A stretch of 64,000 nt of DNA from contig NW_003314330.1 in the NCBI RefSeq assembly GCF_000143415.4, positions 496,001-560,000 of the forward strand, read 5' to 3'. The translations under genes and the position numbers were made by a program. How positions within the stretch are numbered: the stretch's first letter is position 1; every line of letters begins with the position of its first letter. The notes under the pieces are model-generated. The model had not been told where the DNA came from and searched no databases. It saw nothing but the letters and a program-made list of their open reading frames with translations. This DNA is from Selaginella moellendorffii (Eukaryota > Plantae > Lycopodiophyta). Below are positions 39,236-50,768 of this stretch, piece by piece.

Positions 39236-40989
39236 CATTCTCTAGCTGGTCCAAAAAACATGTATTAGCATTGGTGAAAGGCATGTGTATTCAAGATTGA
39301 AGACTAAAGGGGACAAGAATTTGAAAGGTTTTCCATTGGCCAGCAGCTGCAAAAAGTGGCTTACTACCTTTGTGAAATGGAGTGGTTATAGTGGCTGTGA
39401 GGGTGTGATCAAGAAGACAACCAACATGAAGGACCAATGATAGCCCTTGAGTGTGTGAGGTAGGTTAGATCCCATGCTCCTCAGTTGGCAGAAGTGGACC
39501 TTGTATTGGCATCCATTACATTGTGGATACACATCTTTTCAAAAAGAAAAGAAACATTTAATGCAAATCTCACAAATTTCTACCTTGTATATGCATTTGG
39601 TTTGTTGGAGCATGATTCGCTGCTTGGACTTTGCTGAGCCTATGAGCGATCACAAGATTAGTTCTTCCCTGTGTAGTCGATCAAGGGAAGAACAAAGTTG
39701 ATTGAGAAAAGATAAAAGCATAGCTTTTATCCTTCATTAATCGGTTCACACCACCTGGTGAAACTGTGCCTAATATGTTCAATTGGGTTTGGCCAGTGTT
39801 ATATTTTGGCCAATCCTGAGGCATAACCACCTTAAATATTCGTCATCCAAGCCGTTTGATAAAAAGGAAGAAACTAAATTGAATCCTCAGCTCAAATGAA
39901 TCACGTCCTCACAGTAGTTCCTTCACACATGCTCTATCATTTGCAGAGAATACCACAAAAACATGCTTACTCGCAATTGAAAGGACTGCTAGAATTCCTT
40001 GTCAAGGTGTCGTTTTGCAGCTTTCCACTCTGTTTAGCTTATCAAAGAGGTATATAAGAATTCGTTGAAAATATAGCAATAGCAAAAGAGAAAGAAGTAC
40101 TTATGCTGATCGCGGCCTTACCTGTGATCCATCAACCATGTTCAAGTGGCATGTGTAGTGAAGAGTTGCTGACATTGGGATTCGTCATCGCTAAGGACTC
40201 TCCTGCTTCCCGGTTGTGAAAGTGAAAGGCCAGAGGATTTTGGGCTGGGATCGCGACGCGTTTGACATCTGCTACGCTGCCTCGAGGTAGCTCCATACCT
40301 GACCCATCGCTACTGTTATATCCGCCACTATACATTCTGGAGTGGCTGTCTAAGTGGACAGTGGATACTAGAATGTTGCATTGCAGCTTGTGGTAAATGG
40401 ATAGGGCTTGCAGAGATGCATCACAAAACCAGGATGGATGCGGAGATTTCATAAGTCTTTTACATAGTTTAGTATTAAACCCAAATACGCTCAAAGATTT
40501 TATCCTTGAAGACTGTCTGCTGTGACCATAGCATCTGCATGAGCATCTCCGATACCTTGCTCATACTCACGATGGCCCAAATGTTTGATTACTTGAGAGA
40601 ATAAGGTTTTAGCTATGGTCTTGATTGCATCGAGCTATTCAGAGAGCTTGCCTACCGGTAACAAGCCTTTGTGCTAAGGTCACACCATTTAGAACGTTCT
40701 TGGACATTGCTTCTTTATTGACTTTCTCCAAATGCCAAAGCATTGTCACATCCAGTTCCCTTTGGATGTTTGAAGAAACACCAGATCATTGGCTTATCCA
40801 TCTGGTTGTTGAGTTGGCTGATGATAGCATCATGATCATTTCAAAATCATCGAGGGTTTGTAAACAAAGGATTTTAAAATGTCTTACTGGAAGCTGCTCC
40901 ACATTGTCTACTCGCCAACCATGGCATGGGGATTTTACTGGCAGGATTGCATTGCTTCGATTGCATTGTTGGGAGGTCAAGGTCTTGGT

Positions 40990-41575
40990 GTCAGTTCCAT
41001 CTTGGACTCTATCTCAAACTCCATCTCGGGTCCATTTCGGACTCCATCTCAGGTCCATCTTGAACACTATCTCGGGTCCATCTCGGGTCCATCTCGGACT
41101 CCATCTCGAGTCCATCTCAGACTCCATCTCAAACTCCATCTTAGACTCCATTTTGGACTCCATATCGAGTTCATCTCGAACTCCATCTTGGGTCCATCTT
41201 GGACTCCATCTCGGGTCCATCTCAGACTCCATCTTGGGTCCATTTCGGACTCTATCTCGGGTCCATCTCGGACTCCATCTCAGGTCCATCTCAAACTCTA
41301 TCTCGGACTCCATCTCGAACTCCATCTCAGGTCCATCTCAAACTCCTCCACATATTATATGTTGGTCCTCGTGTTTCCCTTTTCTAAAGACTCACTTACT
41401 GCTTGCTTCGTGCTTGTTCCTCGAGCACTTTGTTGGGAGTTCCACTCTTACTCTCAACTATCCAAGTTGGAGTTTTTAGTCTAAACATGTTACTCTTGTT
41501 TGGCTTCCACTTCGGCCACTACCATGGGGCACCTTTTTAGCTCCACTTTTGGGGCTCTGGGATTTGTGTCTCATA
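40990..41575. repeat. LTR-like repeat copy 1 with an internal 11-12 bp (TCCATCTCRGRC-like) tandem array
   Basis: About 350 bp of degenerate tccatctcggg/tccatctcagac units, followed by a unique tail shared with 45670-45828 (ttttctaaagactcactta...ccacttttggggctctgggatttgt). Confidence 0.75.
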
Positions 41576-41857
41576 GTGTTGACACTTCAAGATTAGCTCC
41601 GAAGCAATGTGCAGTAGCTCAAATGCTGTTTAGGGCCCCACAAAAGCAAATGCCATTGCCGCCACCTATTGGGTTGAGTGCACTCTCGATTAGGCAAAGT
41701 GATTTTGTCCTCACACCACCGCCACAAGCTGTCATCTCCACCCTCGAAACACTGTTGATGCAAGATCTCACTTGGGCATCTCTATTGGCACCGCACTACA
41801 TTTCCCGGTTGCCTAATATTGAGTGTTTTGCCTACAAATCTCCACAAAGGGAAAAAA

Positions 41858-43524
41858 TGCCTAGGCAAAACAAGCATGTGGAAGAAATCTTATCCGGTGA
41901 CAAGGAGCTTGATTATGGCTAAGTAAAGTTGTCTAGGGAACTTGTGTTTTCTCCCTATAACAAGTTTTGGTTTAATGCTTTTAGGTTACTTGCCTATGTG
42001 TAACTACTTGAAGGAGAAATATCAATTGAGCAAGAGATCTAACTCATATAGAAGTAATACCTAATGGAGCATGTGTTTCTCTTTTGCGGATAAGTTTATC
42101 CCTTTGGACTCACCCAATTTGCTCAGATTTTTTGCCTAAACAATGAGGGCAAAATAATCATGATGAGTAAGAAGGATCACATGCCTGATTAATACATTCT
42201 TCCTAACTACATATCTGGATAAAGAGGCAACTTCACCTACTTGAAGCCTGACTATCATGCTAAGCTTAAGGTGTTTTGTGCCATCATCAACGAGAGGACG
42301 GTTGTGCAAAATGCCAACATTAATATAACTTGCCTATTGGAAGTTATCAAGACTAGATAGCAAATAAACATAACTCATTTTGCCTACAATGGATTTATGG
42401 CCGAAATGAAGAATGTTCCCTTACAGGAAGGCAAGTAAAGATGGGAGTCTTCATTTTTTTTACGGCACATCTACAAGCATTACACTACTCAGGAGAATCC
42501 CATGCCTCACCTTGTCATTGAGCCACCACCTTTAGTATCTCCTCTGAGGGAGATAGTGAGGGATGTGGATGCAGAGAAAAATCCCAATGATATAGATTCA
42601 AGTGAGGAAAATTCTCCCCTCAAAAAGAAACTCCGCCTAGATCCAAAAATTTAAGTTGTGAGACTTCCTGAATCAGAAACAGAGTCATGACTCATTTACG
42701 TCTACAGAAACAACTCCAATGTCGATACAAATCTCTCTGAGCATCAGAGAAGGGATGAATACACAAACGGACTGAAAGAAATTCCACAACTTAGGCCACA
42801 ATGTCTAACACATAATGCGCTTATAGATGTTATAAAACAATTAGCTGTAGATACATCCAATAAGGTGAGTTTAGGCCAAGAAGATCATAGTTAAGAAACT
42901 CAACGGGACAAAGAGGACAAAGCAGGGTCTAGGTGAATCGGAACTCCAATCCACTTATACATCTGATAGTGATGCACCTTCAGTGGATCAATCTAACAAG
43001 ATAAGACAGCTATGCAGCAGTAGATGCCACAAAAACACAAGGTCAAGGCTAGTTACACCTTCACTCACAAGAATATGAGTTAGCCAAGCAAGCCAATAAT
43101 CTGAAGCTTTATGGAGGAGCTCACTCAACACATCAAGGGAGGAGGCAAGCAGCCAATTGACGAACTGATGCAATCAGTAGAAGATGAAGAAACAACAAAA
43201 TACTGTATGCAAGTCTTGAGTTACCTCAAGATAATCACCAAAAAAGTGTCATGGAGTCATGGGCAAGCAAAATCATCAGCGTTACATAATCCAAGAATTC
43301 AAGAGTGCAATCCCTAGTTCCACATCCATAGATGCAAAGTGTATCAGCCACCAAGACTAGCACATCGCAATGCTCGACCAAGAAAATCAAATCATGCATC
43401 AAGAACTTGACGATCTATGGCAAAGCATTGAGCATGTCACTATGAAAACCAAGCTTAACAATCTAGAGTAGGATTTGGAAAATCCAATTGCCTAAGAACA
43501 AACAGTAGCTCTGTCATGGGGGAG
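41858..43524 (+). pseudogene. Heavily stop-interrupted long ORF ending at a PPT; probable accessory ORF of an LTR retrotransposon
   Basis: One frame stays protein-like for several hundred codons despite scattered stops. Followed by GGGGGAG then TGATGAAG at 43525 (PPT plus LTR-start pattern). No family recognised. Confidence 0.4.
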
Positions 43525-45409
43525 TGATGAAGAGGTAAATGTTTTATTTTGTGGATTATCCCAAGCAGAGCAAAATAAGAAAGATTAGGTGAAATGCAGT
43601 TATACTTAAGGTTAGGCATCCAAAGAAGACAAACCTAACTTAAGTAATACTCATTATAGACAAACGTGAAGCAATTAAAAATAGTTATAAAATCATGTAG
43701 TATATAAGTAACACTTCAACGTGCTAGAAAACAACCCCCACTCACTGTTGTATGCATTTGTATTGAATTAATTATTTTTTCTCCCACCTATTATTATTTG
43801 TGTAAAGTAGAGTTGAGAGAGTGACATATATCTATCCTTACTCACACCTTTAGGGTGAGTTCTCTTTTATTCTCTTTTTATTCTTTTTTATTCTTTCTTT
43901 TATTTTTCTATGTTCTTGTTTTTGTTTGTTGGTCACTATTTTGTAGACCAGGGTAAAAATGCGAGTATAAACAAAAAAAGCCTTACTAAAAGCTCAATAT
44001 TGTGGGGGTTCTTGTCAAACTAGTGCAAGACAAAGCAAAAGATAACTAAAAGTTATGTCAAATATGCTCAACAAAAAACATATAGGAGTTCTTACTTTAT
44101 ATTCATTTGGCTAAGTATAGATATTAAGCACAATTTACTAACACTTGAACAAAAGGGACTGAAAAGGGAACTATATTGATCTCGTATCGTTGTAGCAGTA
44201 AAGAAAGAATATCTAAAAAGACTTGTCGACAAATAACTTTCAATAGCCACAATCACATTCATGACAATGTTAGAGTTGCAAGTTCCTTATAGATTTGAGT
44301 TGGGATTATATCAATCTTGATGATTATTATTGCACTTGTTATGAAATGAGTTTCATCTTGATATGAATAGATGTATTTATAGAGGATCAGTTTGGTGATT
44401 ACTTGTTGAGTATAGTTTTGTCATATTTAGCTTTTAGATTAATGTAAATATGCTATTTATTAACAATTGCATTATAAGTTTGGCTTATAGATATATCAAA
44501 GAGAATGTTATGAGTTATACTAGGAATTCTTGTTTAGCATTGAAGTCAATTGATGCAAGACTCATGATAATTAATCATCACCAATGATTAGTAGATGTAA
44601 AAACTAACTTGAATATCAAAGCTAATAAGCTAAAATGCCTTCCTTGACAACTCTTAATAAATAAAATAATGAGCATTAGAACTGAAAGAATAAAAAACAT
44701 ATTAGTAAGATGTTATTGAAGTTTATTTTAGTAACTTTAGTTCTTTAGTATTATTTTATTCAGATTGGCTAATGTAATATCTAGCAGATAATAAATGTTT
44801 GTTGACTCTTATAACATTCATTCTGATATATTGATTATTGCTAAGGTTAATTTTGATAGATTAAGGTGATACATTAACATCTTGTTTGTTAGACAATAAT
44901 ACTTTATGTACTTTGAACTATCTTTTTAATACGTTATTTGGCATATTATCTCCAATATTTGGTAGTTAAGATTTATTATTGAGTTTTTTTTATGGTAGCT
45001 ATTGAATTATGTTGGATAGTTCATCCTATGTCTTTAAAATTTAATTATCTTAGTGGTTCCTATACTATATTATACTAGTTTATTAGATAATAACTTAGTT
45101 GGATAACTTTTGTATTTTAATCTAAGATTTATTCACTAATAATTCAATGTATCTAAGATATCTTTATCTATGACTTTGATATTATTCATCATCTAAACCT
45201 GGCAAATTGGCTTTAACACTTTGTATGCATAGTGAAATTTTTAGTCATAAGATGCTATTATCAATTAGTTACATTACTGTAAACAACTAAATTTTCCATT
45301 CTACTTTAATCATTTAACCACACCACTGACCACTTGGAGAAGTCTCACTCACAACCTCTATAAATCTTATTCCAAACTTAGGGCTTGCTAGCTCTAAGAA
45401 TGGCATCTA

Positions 45410-45828
45410 TTGAATTCCCTTTCAAACTCCATTTTAGATCCATTTTGGACTCTTTCTCAAGTCCATCTCAGACTCCATCTTAGATTCTATCTAGGACTCC
45501 ATTTCATACTCTATCTCAGGTCCATCTCAGACTCCATCTTAAACTCTATCTCAAGTCTATCTTAGGCTCATTTTGGACTTTATCTCGGACTCCATCTCAA
45601 ACTTCATCTCAGACTCTATTTCGAGTCCATTTCAGACTTCATCTCAGGTCCATCTTGACATTTCTACATGTCATGTGTTTGTCCTCTTGGGTTCCTTTTC
45701 TAAAGACTCACTTATTGCTCGCTTCAAGCTTGTTCAAACGTGTTATGCTTGTTTGGCTTCTACTTCGGCCACTACCACATGGCATCCTTTCGGCTCCACT
45801 TTTGGGGCTCTGGGATTTGTATCTCACA
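45410..45828. repeat. LTR-like repeat copy 2 (more AT-eroded), same tandem array
   Basis: Direct repeat of 40990-41575, ending TCTCACA. On the minus strand it is preceded by purine-rich GAAGTGGGTGA. Confidence 0.75.
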
Positions 45829-47548
45829 ATCACCCACTTCTGTTTTAATATTTTTAATTCTATTAAAAGGGCATGATTGTGTAAATAATTCCAACTGCCT
45901 ATTTATAATAGTCTATCTAAACCTTTGCAATAAATTTAGTTTATTATTCATGAGGGGCCTTTGGTTTTTTTTTCTATATCACTTGTAGATAGGGTATATC
46001 ATCTTTTGTAGTCCCAAAACAGATTTAAGTTGATCTATTTCTTACAAAGTGTGAACATTATAAAACTTTTCTAGAGTTATTTTTATGGCAATGATCCAGA
46101 CTAGAGTATTCATTGATGAGGATATTAATCTTTTCAAAGGGGGAAAGTGTGTCGTGAATGTGACTTTGAGTATTGAAAGTTATTTATTTGCAAGTCCTTT
46201 CAAATATTCCTCTTTTATTGCCACGATGATAGGAGATCGGTACTACTGGTTCCCTTTATTAGTTCCTCTTGTTCAATTGCTAATAAACTAGATAAAAATA
46301 ACATATAAACTCCTATGTATTTATTGTTGAGCATACTTAGTCTTGCATTAGCTTAATATGAACTTTTTGTGTACTATGCACTAGTCCCTTAATATTATTA
46401 TATAATAACGTACTATATTTGCCAAACACCCTTGCTATCACTCTCTATATATTAGTCCCATTTAGTCCCATGGGCTATTTATGGAAAGTATCTAGATCTA
46501 CTAATTAGGTATATCTATAGAATGTAAAGATTATTATGAACACAAAGAAGAAAAAATGAATTTATATTAAACACTCTAAATACAAAGTGAAATTGCAAAT
46601 TTAGACATGGGAATATCATATTTTAGTAGTTTATTTAGTTTTGTAGTCTCTCTTCCTTTCAACAATAAAATCTTAAAAATTAGTTCAATTTCTAACTTAA
46701 ATGAGTGATTAAAAAGAGTAAAGAATTATATAAAGGAATTGATTAAGATGTGAGAAGAGTCAAGGAGAGTATGATATTAAAAGTTAAATTGCAAAAAAAC
46801 AATATCAAAGTAAGAGTCTCAACTTTCTCATTCACTTTCCCTAAATGATGCATAATTAAAAATAGAAAACAAGATACTGATTATAACCATTGAGTTTGAT
46901 GTGGATTGAGGATGCATGCCAAAGACCAATATCATAAGTTTATGTGATCATTATAAATAGTGGTTACAAAAGAGAATTTTCAAAAAAACAACTAAGTTTC
47001 AAAAGAGTTTACATTTACAAGCAACTCTTTGATGAAGATGGTCTAATTTATTTTTGAAGATAGATACTTTTGAGAGTGGAAAGTAATTAAGTGAAGCTTA
47101 CTATTTGGTTCCTTCTATGACACGAGAGTACTCAATGCAAAATTTGAAACATTTACCTCCAAAACAATATAGCTTCATGTTATTTGAATGAAGTGAAATT
47201 AAATGTAAATTTCAAAAGATCAAAAACAGTCTGAGTAACAAAATACCACACAAAAAGGGCATCTTCCATAGTGAGTCATGTAACACAAAGAGTGATTTAA
47301 AGAAGCCATGTATGAAATAATAGAAACCTTAGTAATATTTGTAATGATGTTATATAAGAAAACAATATAGTCCTAAAACTATCAAATATAAATTAAAACA
47401 ACATTTTTCAAACTATACAAAAGGTTGTATTATCAAATTATTGAGTTTCAAAGAAGATAAAATGCCATGAACCAGAGCTGGAGATTTATGACCGAACCTG
47501 TGTAGCGTGCGCTGCCGTCGTGGGGGGGGGTTTTTGCAGACTCCTTTT

Positions 47549-47705
47549 NNNNNNNNNNNNNNNNNNNNNNNNNNNNNNNNNNNNNNNNNNNNNNNNNNNN
47601 NNNNNNNNNNNNNNNNNNNNNNNNNNNNNNNNNNNNNNNNNNNNNNNNNNNNNNNNNNNNNNNNNNNNNNNNNNNNNNNNNNNNNNNNNNNNNNNNNNNN
47701 NNNNN
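47549..47705. other. Assembly gap (N run)
   Basis: 157 consecutive n. Confidence 1.
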
Positions 47706-48034
47706 AAGTTTCAAAGCATAAAACTATAAACAAAAAGCATAGTGCCAAACTCTTGAACATGCAACTAAGAAGCTAAAGAACAAGAGCATGGAGCAATTCC
47801 TAAGTGTACAACCAAAGAATGAAGGAATAGGAGTAGGAAGCAACATTAAAATAATTCTAGATTATCTAGTATTCTTTAACACAAAGTCCAACATGCAAAA
47901 TGAAGCCAAACAAAATTTAGCATTATAAGTCATACCTAAACAATATCTTAGATTTCTTAGCCACACCTAATCTATCCATTATCCTTACTATACATTTGGA
48001 CCCTTCAAAATACACTATTAACTTCTATCCATTT

Positions 48035-48310
48035 TTATATTGATGGGCCATTGAAATGTACTATTCAAACTTTTGAGCAATATTTTTGATGCTTTATTTT
48101 CCATCAATAGTATGATTAGGTTGAATTTATTTTCTTTTGCTGAGTTTGCTTATAATAACTTTATCACTCTTCATTCTTCATACACTAATGTTTTCGTCCT
48201 TGTTGGTTATATTTATTCAATTGAGTTTGTAGTATTGATAAGTATTTTTCCACTTGTCTAACATAACTTCATCTATAAGCTATTTATGCTACAATGGGGG
48301 ACACACTATG
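48035..48310 (+). mobile_element. Eroded Ty3/Gypsy (Tf2/chromovirus-like) integrase remnant
   Basis: Reads DG..IQTFEQYF*CFIFHQ*YD*V..FAEFAYNN, matching the consensus DGQTERVNQxLEQYLRCF..QDDW..LAEFAYNN. Confidence 0.65.
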
Positions 48311-48437
48311 AAGTGGGTTGTATAATATTAATTTAATATTAAACTATTATACTTATATTAAATTTACTATAAATTTCGAATTTCTATTTTAATAAGATTT
48401 AAAAAATTACAGAAGTTTAAGCTATTTATTATAAGTA

Positions 48438-49313
48438 ATGTTTTACTTTTTAATAAGTACAATAATATTTTTAGATATGGGTTTTGTTCCAAAGGTAAAT
48501 TGGGGAATTAATTATACATTACTTCAACATGAAGTTCTCACTATTATTGATGGAATTCAAACCATTGAATCTCGAGTTAATAAATCTCGCCGTGATTATC
48601 TATCTAATTATGATGATTGGGAATCGGTAGATTTTGGCCGTGGAGCTGCTTTAATATTGTTTGAGCGCTTAGATGGAAATCCTCCAAATTGTATAGTGGG
48701 TAATGTTTTAAATACTGAAATTACAGGTACTGCAATTAGAACTGGTATTAATTTTTTAAAGAATAACTATAAATTAGAAATGATAAATGCATGCTCTAGC
48801 ATGTGTGATATTACAAATAAAAATTATAGACTTAGATATATTGTTGAAAAATGGTGGAATTATAGCTCTTCTATGAAACCTTTACCAATAACTTTCCCAA
48901 ATTCTGTAGATTATATAAATTGTGATAACTCTAAAAGCACATTATATGCTAGATTTCCTAAGTATCATTTACTAACTAATGAATTTTTAATATCACCAAA
49001 TGGTAAGAATATACTATATATATTATCAAATTGTACAATTGGATTATATTCTGGAAAAAAACTCTTATGGATTTCTGATAATAAATTTTTTTACTGGGGA
49101 TTATGCAGACTTGTCTTACAAGGAAATGGTAATGTTTTATTAAAAACAAATAAAGAAACAAAAATGTGGTCCATAAATAAATATTGTAATTGTAAAATTA
49201 TTACATTTATTACAGTTCAAAATGATTGTAATCTTGTAGTTTATTTATTTAGGCCATTAAAACAAGTTTGGTGGGCTACAAATACTCATACTCATCAAGA
49301 TTGTATCAGATAA
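48438..49313 (+). CDS. Secreted protein: unrecognised N-terminal domain plus GNA/bulb-type (B) lectin domain; intronless and very AT-rich
   Basis: Hydrophobic N-terminus. LISPNGKNIL..LLWISD..CRLVLQGNGNVLL..MWS..VQNDCNLVVY..VWWATNT, with QxDxNxVxY intact in the last repeat. Open 291-codon frame. Confidence 0.85.
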   Translation: MFYFLISTIIFLDMGFVPKVNWGINYTLLQHEVLTIIDGIQTIESRVNKSRRDYLSNYDDWESVDFGRGAALILFERLDGNPPNCIVGNVLNTEITGTAIRTGINFLKNNYKLEMINACSSMCDITNKNYRLRYIVEKWWNYSSSMKPLPITFPNSVDYINCDNSKSTLYARFPKYHLLTNEFLISPNGKNILYILSNCTIGLYSGKKLLWISDNKFFYWGLCRLVLQGNGNVLLKTNKETKMWSINKYCNCKIITFITVQNDCNLVVYLFRPLKQVWWATNTHTHQDCIR

Positions 49314-49523
49314 ATCCATACTATACTAATTTTTGAATCAATATAAATTGAGATTTATTTGAGTAAGTTCAATGTTTTATAATTAATTTAACCAAACTCA
49401 AGTTTCTTGAGCTTCTTTAACTTAATCACTTTTGATTCTTCAAGACAAATGCGCAACTAGCAAATTCTAAAATGGATTTAATGTTTTGCCCTACAGCTTT
49501 TGAAGCTAAGAAACGTTTTTTTA

Positions 49524-50561
49524 TCACTCTATTTCCACGTCCAGTATATCATCCAGCTCCTCAACCACGGTGTGAGTGTGAGTCTCACCACCATCGCCTC
49601 TCATCCTCAGCTCCGCGATTTCCATGTCCAGCGTTGCATCCCGGACAAGATTTTGGAGCGAAATGTTCTTCGGACATCCTGGAACGACACACAGTTGTCT
49701 TCAAGAGATTCGGAAGAAGCAAACCTGCAACGGCACAGCGCTTGCTCTGCAACCGGCTGCCGATGTAGCCTCTGGCAGCAGGAAGATCATATATATGCCG
49801 GCACTCGGAGCTGCGAAGCAGAAAACATGAATAAAAAAGGTGTGAGATGTTATTTCTTGCATACCATCGAACCGGATTCTCAAGCTCCGTGACGTGTTTT
49901 CCAGAGATCGGGCATGTCCGGTTCAAGATCCCGGCTTGAGTGGTGCACAGAATCTCCGCTTGCTCTTGTCCAGGCATTGGAACACCCGAGTTGTGAACGT
50001 TCTGATGAGATATAAAGACGTTTTTTCTGTAAAGAATAAAGAAATTTTATACCCAAATGGCTTCCTCGAATTGCTTGTAAATCGGGTGGTCCTTTGGATT
50101 CGTAGCTGGAAAGTTTTGCATCTCAGCCTTGCATGATTTGCTAAAATCTGTAGGCTATGACAAAACTCTCTTTTTAGTAGTTGAGAGAGTAGTATCCTAC
50201 CTGATTTGCTGTAAACTGATAGCTCGCTTTGAGAGCCTGCATTGCCTTTCGGTGGCGCTCAAGCTCATCCGTAGCGGTCAAGAGCTCAAGAACTGCCTCA
50301 TCCAGTTTTTTCACCTTGAAGGAAAAAAACAAGAGAAGAGAGTGAGATTCATAGAAACTCTTGGCAGAAAAAACCAAACCTCATCGCAGCCACGCGCTGC
50401 ACGCTCCACATCCTCGGCGATGAGCTTAATCAACACTAGATTCGATTGCATATCCTGCCAATCGCCTCCTCATTCCCCCCGCCAGACGAAGAATAGAAAG
50501 AATCGCTCACCGAGACCAGCGATCGGGTGGAATCGTCGACACTGTCGAAAGCTCTGTCCAT
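49524..50561 (-). CDS. MMS21: SUMO E3 ligase MMS21/NSE2 (SMC5/6 subunit), multi-exon
   Basis: KQFEEAIW/NVHNSGVPMPGQEQAEI and SP-RING ILNRTCPISGKHVTELENPVRSSECRHIYD...CAVAGCPK. Confidence 0.92.
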
Positions 50562-50768
50562 AGCGATCGCTGGCGCAGCGCCCACAAACCCTAGAATATT
50601 TCCACTAAATATCCCACGCAAAAGGAGGCTTCCATTCAGGAGCTTTCTTTCTTTCTCTCATTTAACCAAACCCTAATCTCATAACCGCCATTGTTGCGAT
50701 CGAGAAGGAACGATCGAGTTGGGGCTTTGCGGGGCGGCGGCGGCGCGGCGATCTTTCTCTCCCCGTCC

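Noticed and set aside
40990-41345. Repeat array as CRISPR, and ORFs 40625-41479, 40879-41484 and 41014-41325 as genes
   Set aside because: The units are contiguous 11-12 bp degenerate repeats with no unique spacers and no cas genes, in a eukaryotic context. The ORFs are low-complexity translations of the array.
47413-47776. ORFs spanning the N run and the GC-rich patch at ~47460-47548
   Set aside because: Artefacts of the assembly gap. The patch looks like low-quality contig-end sequence.
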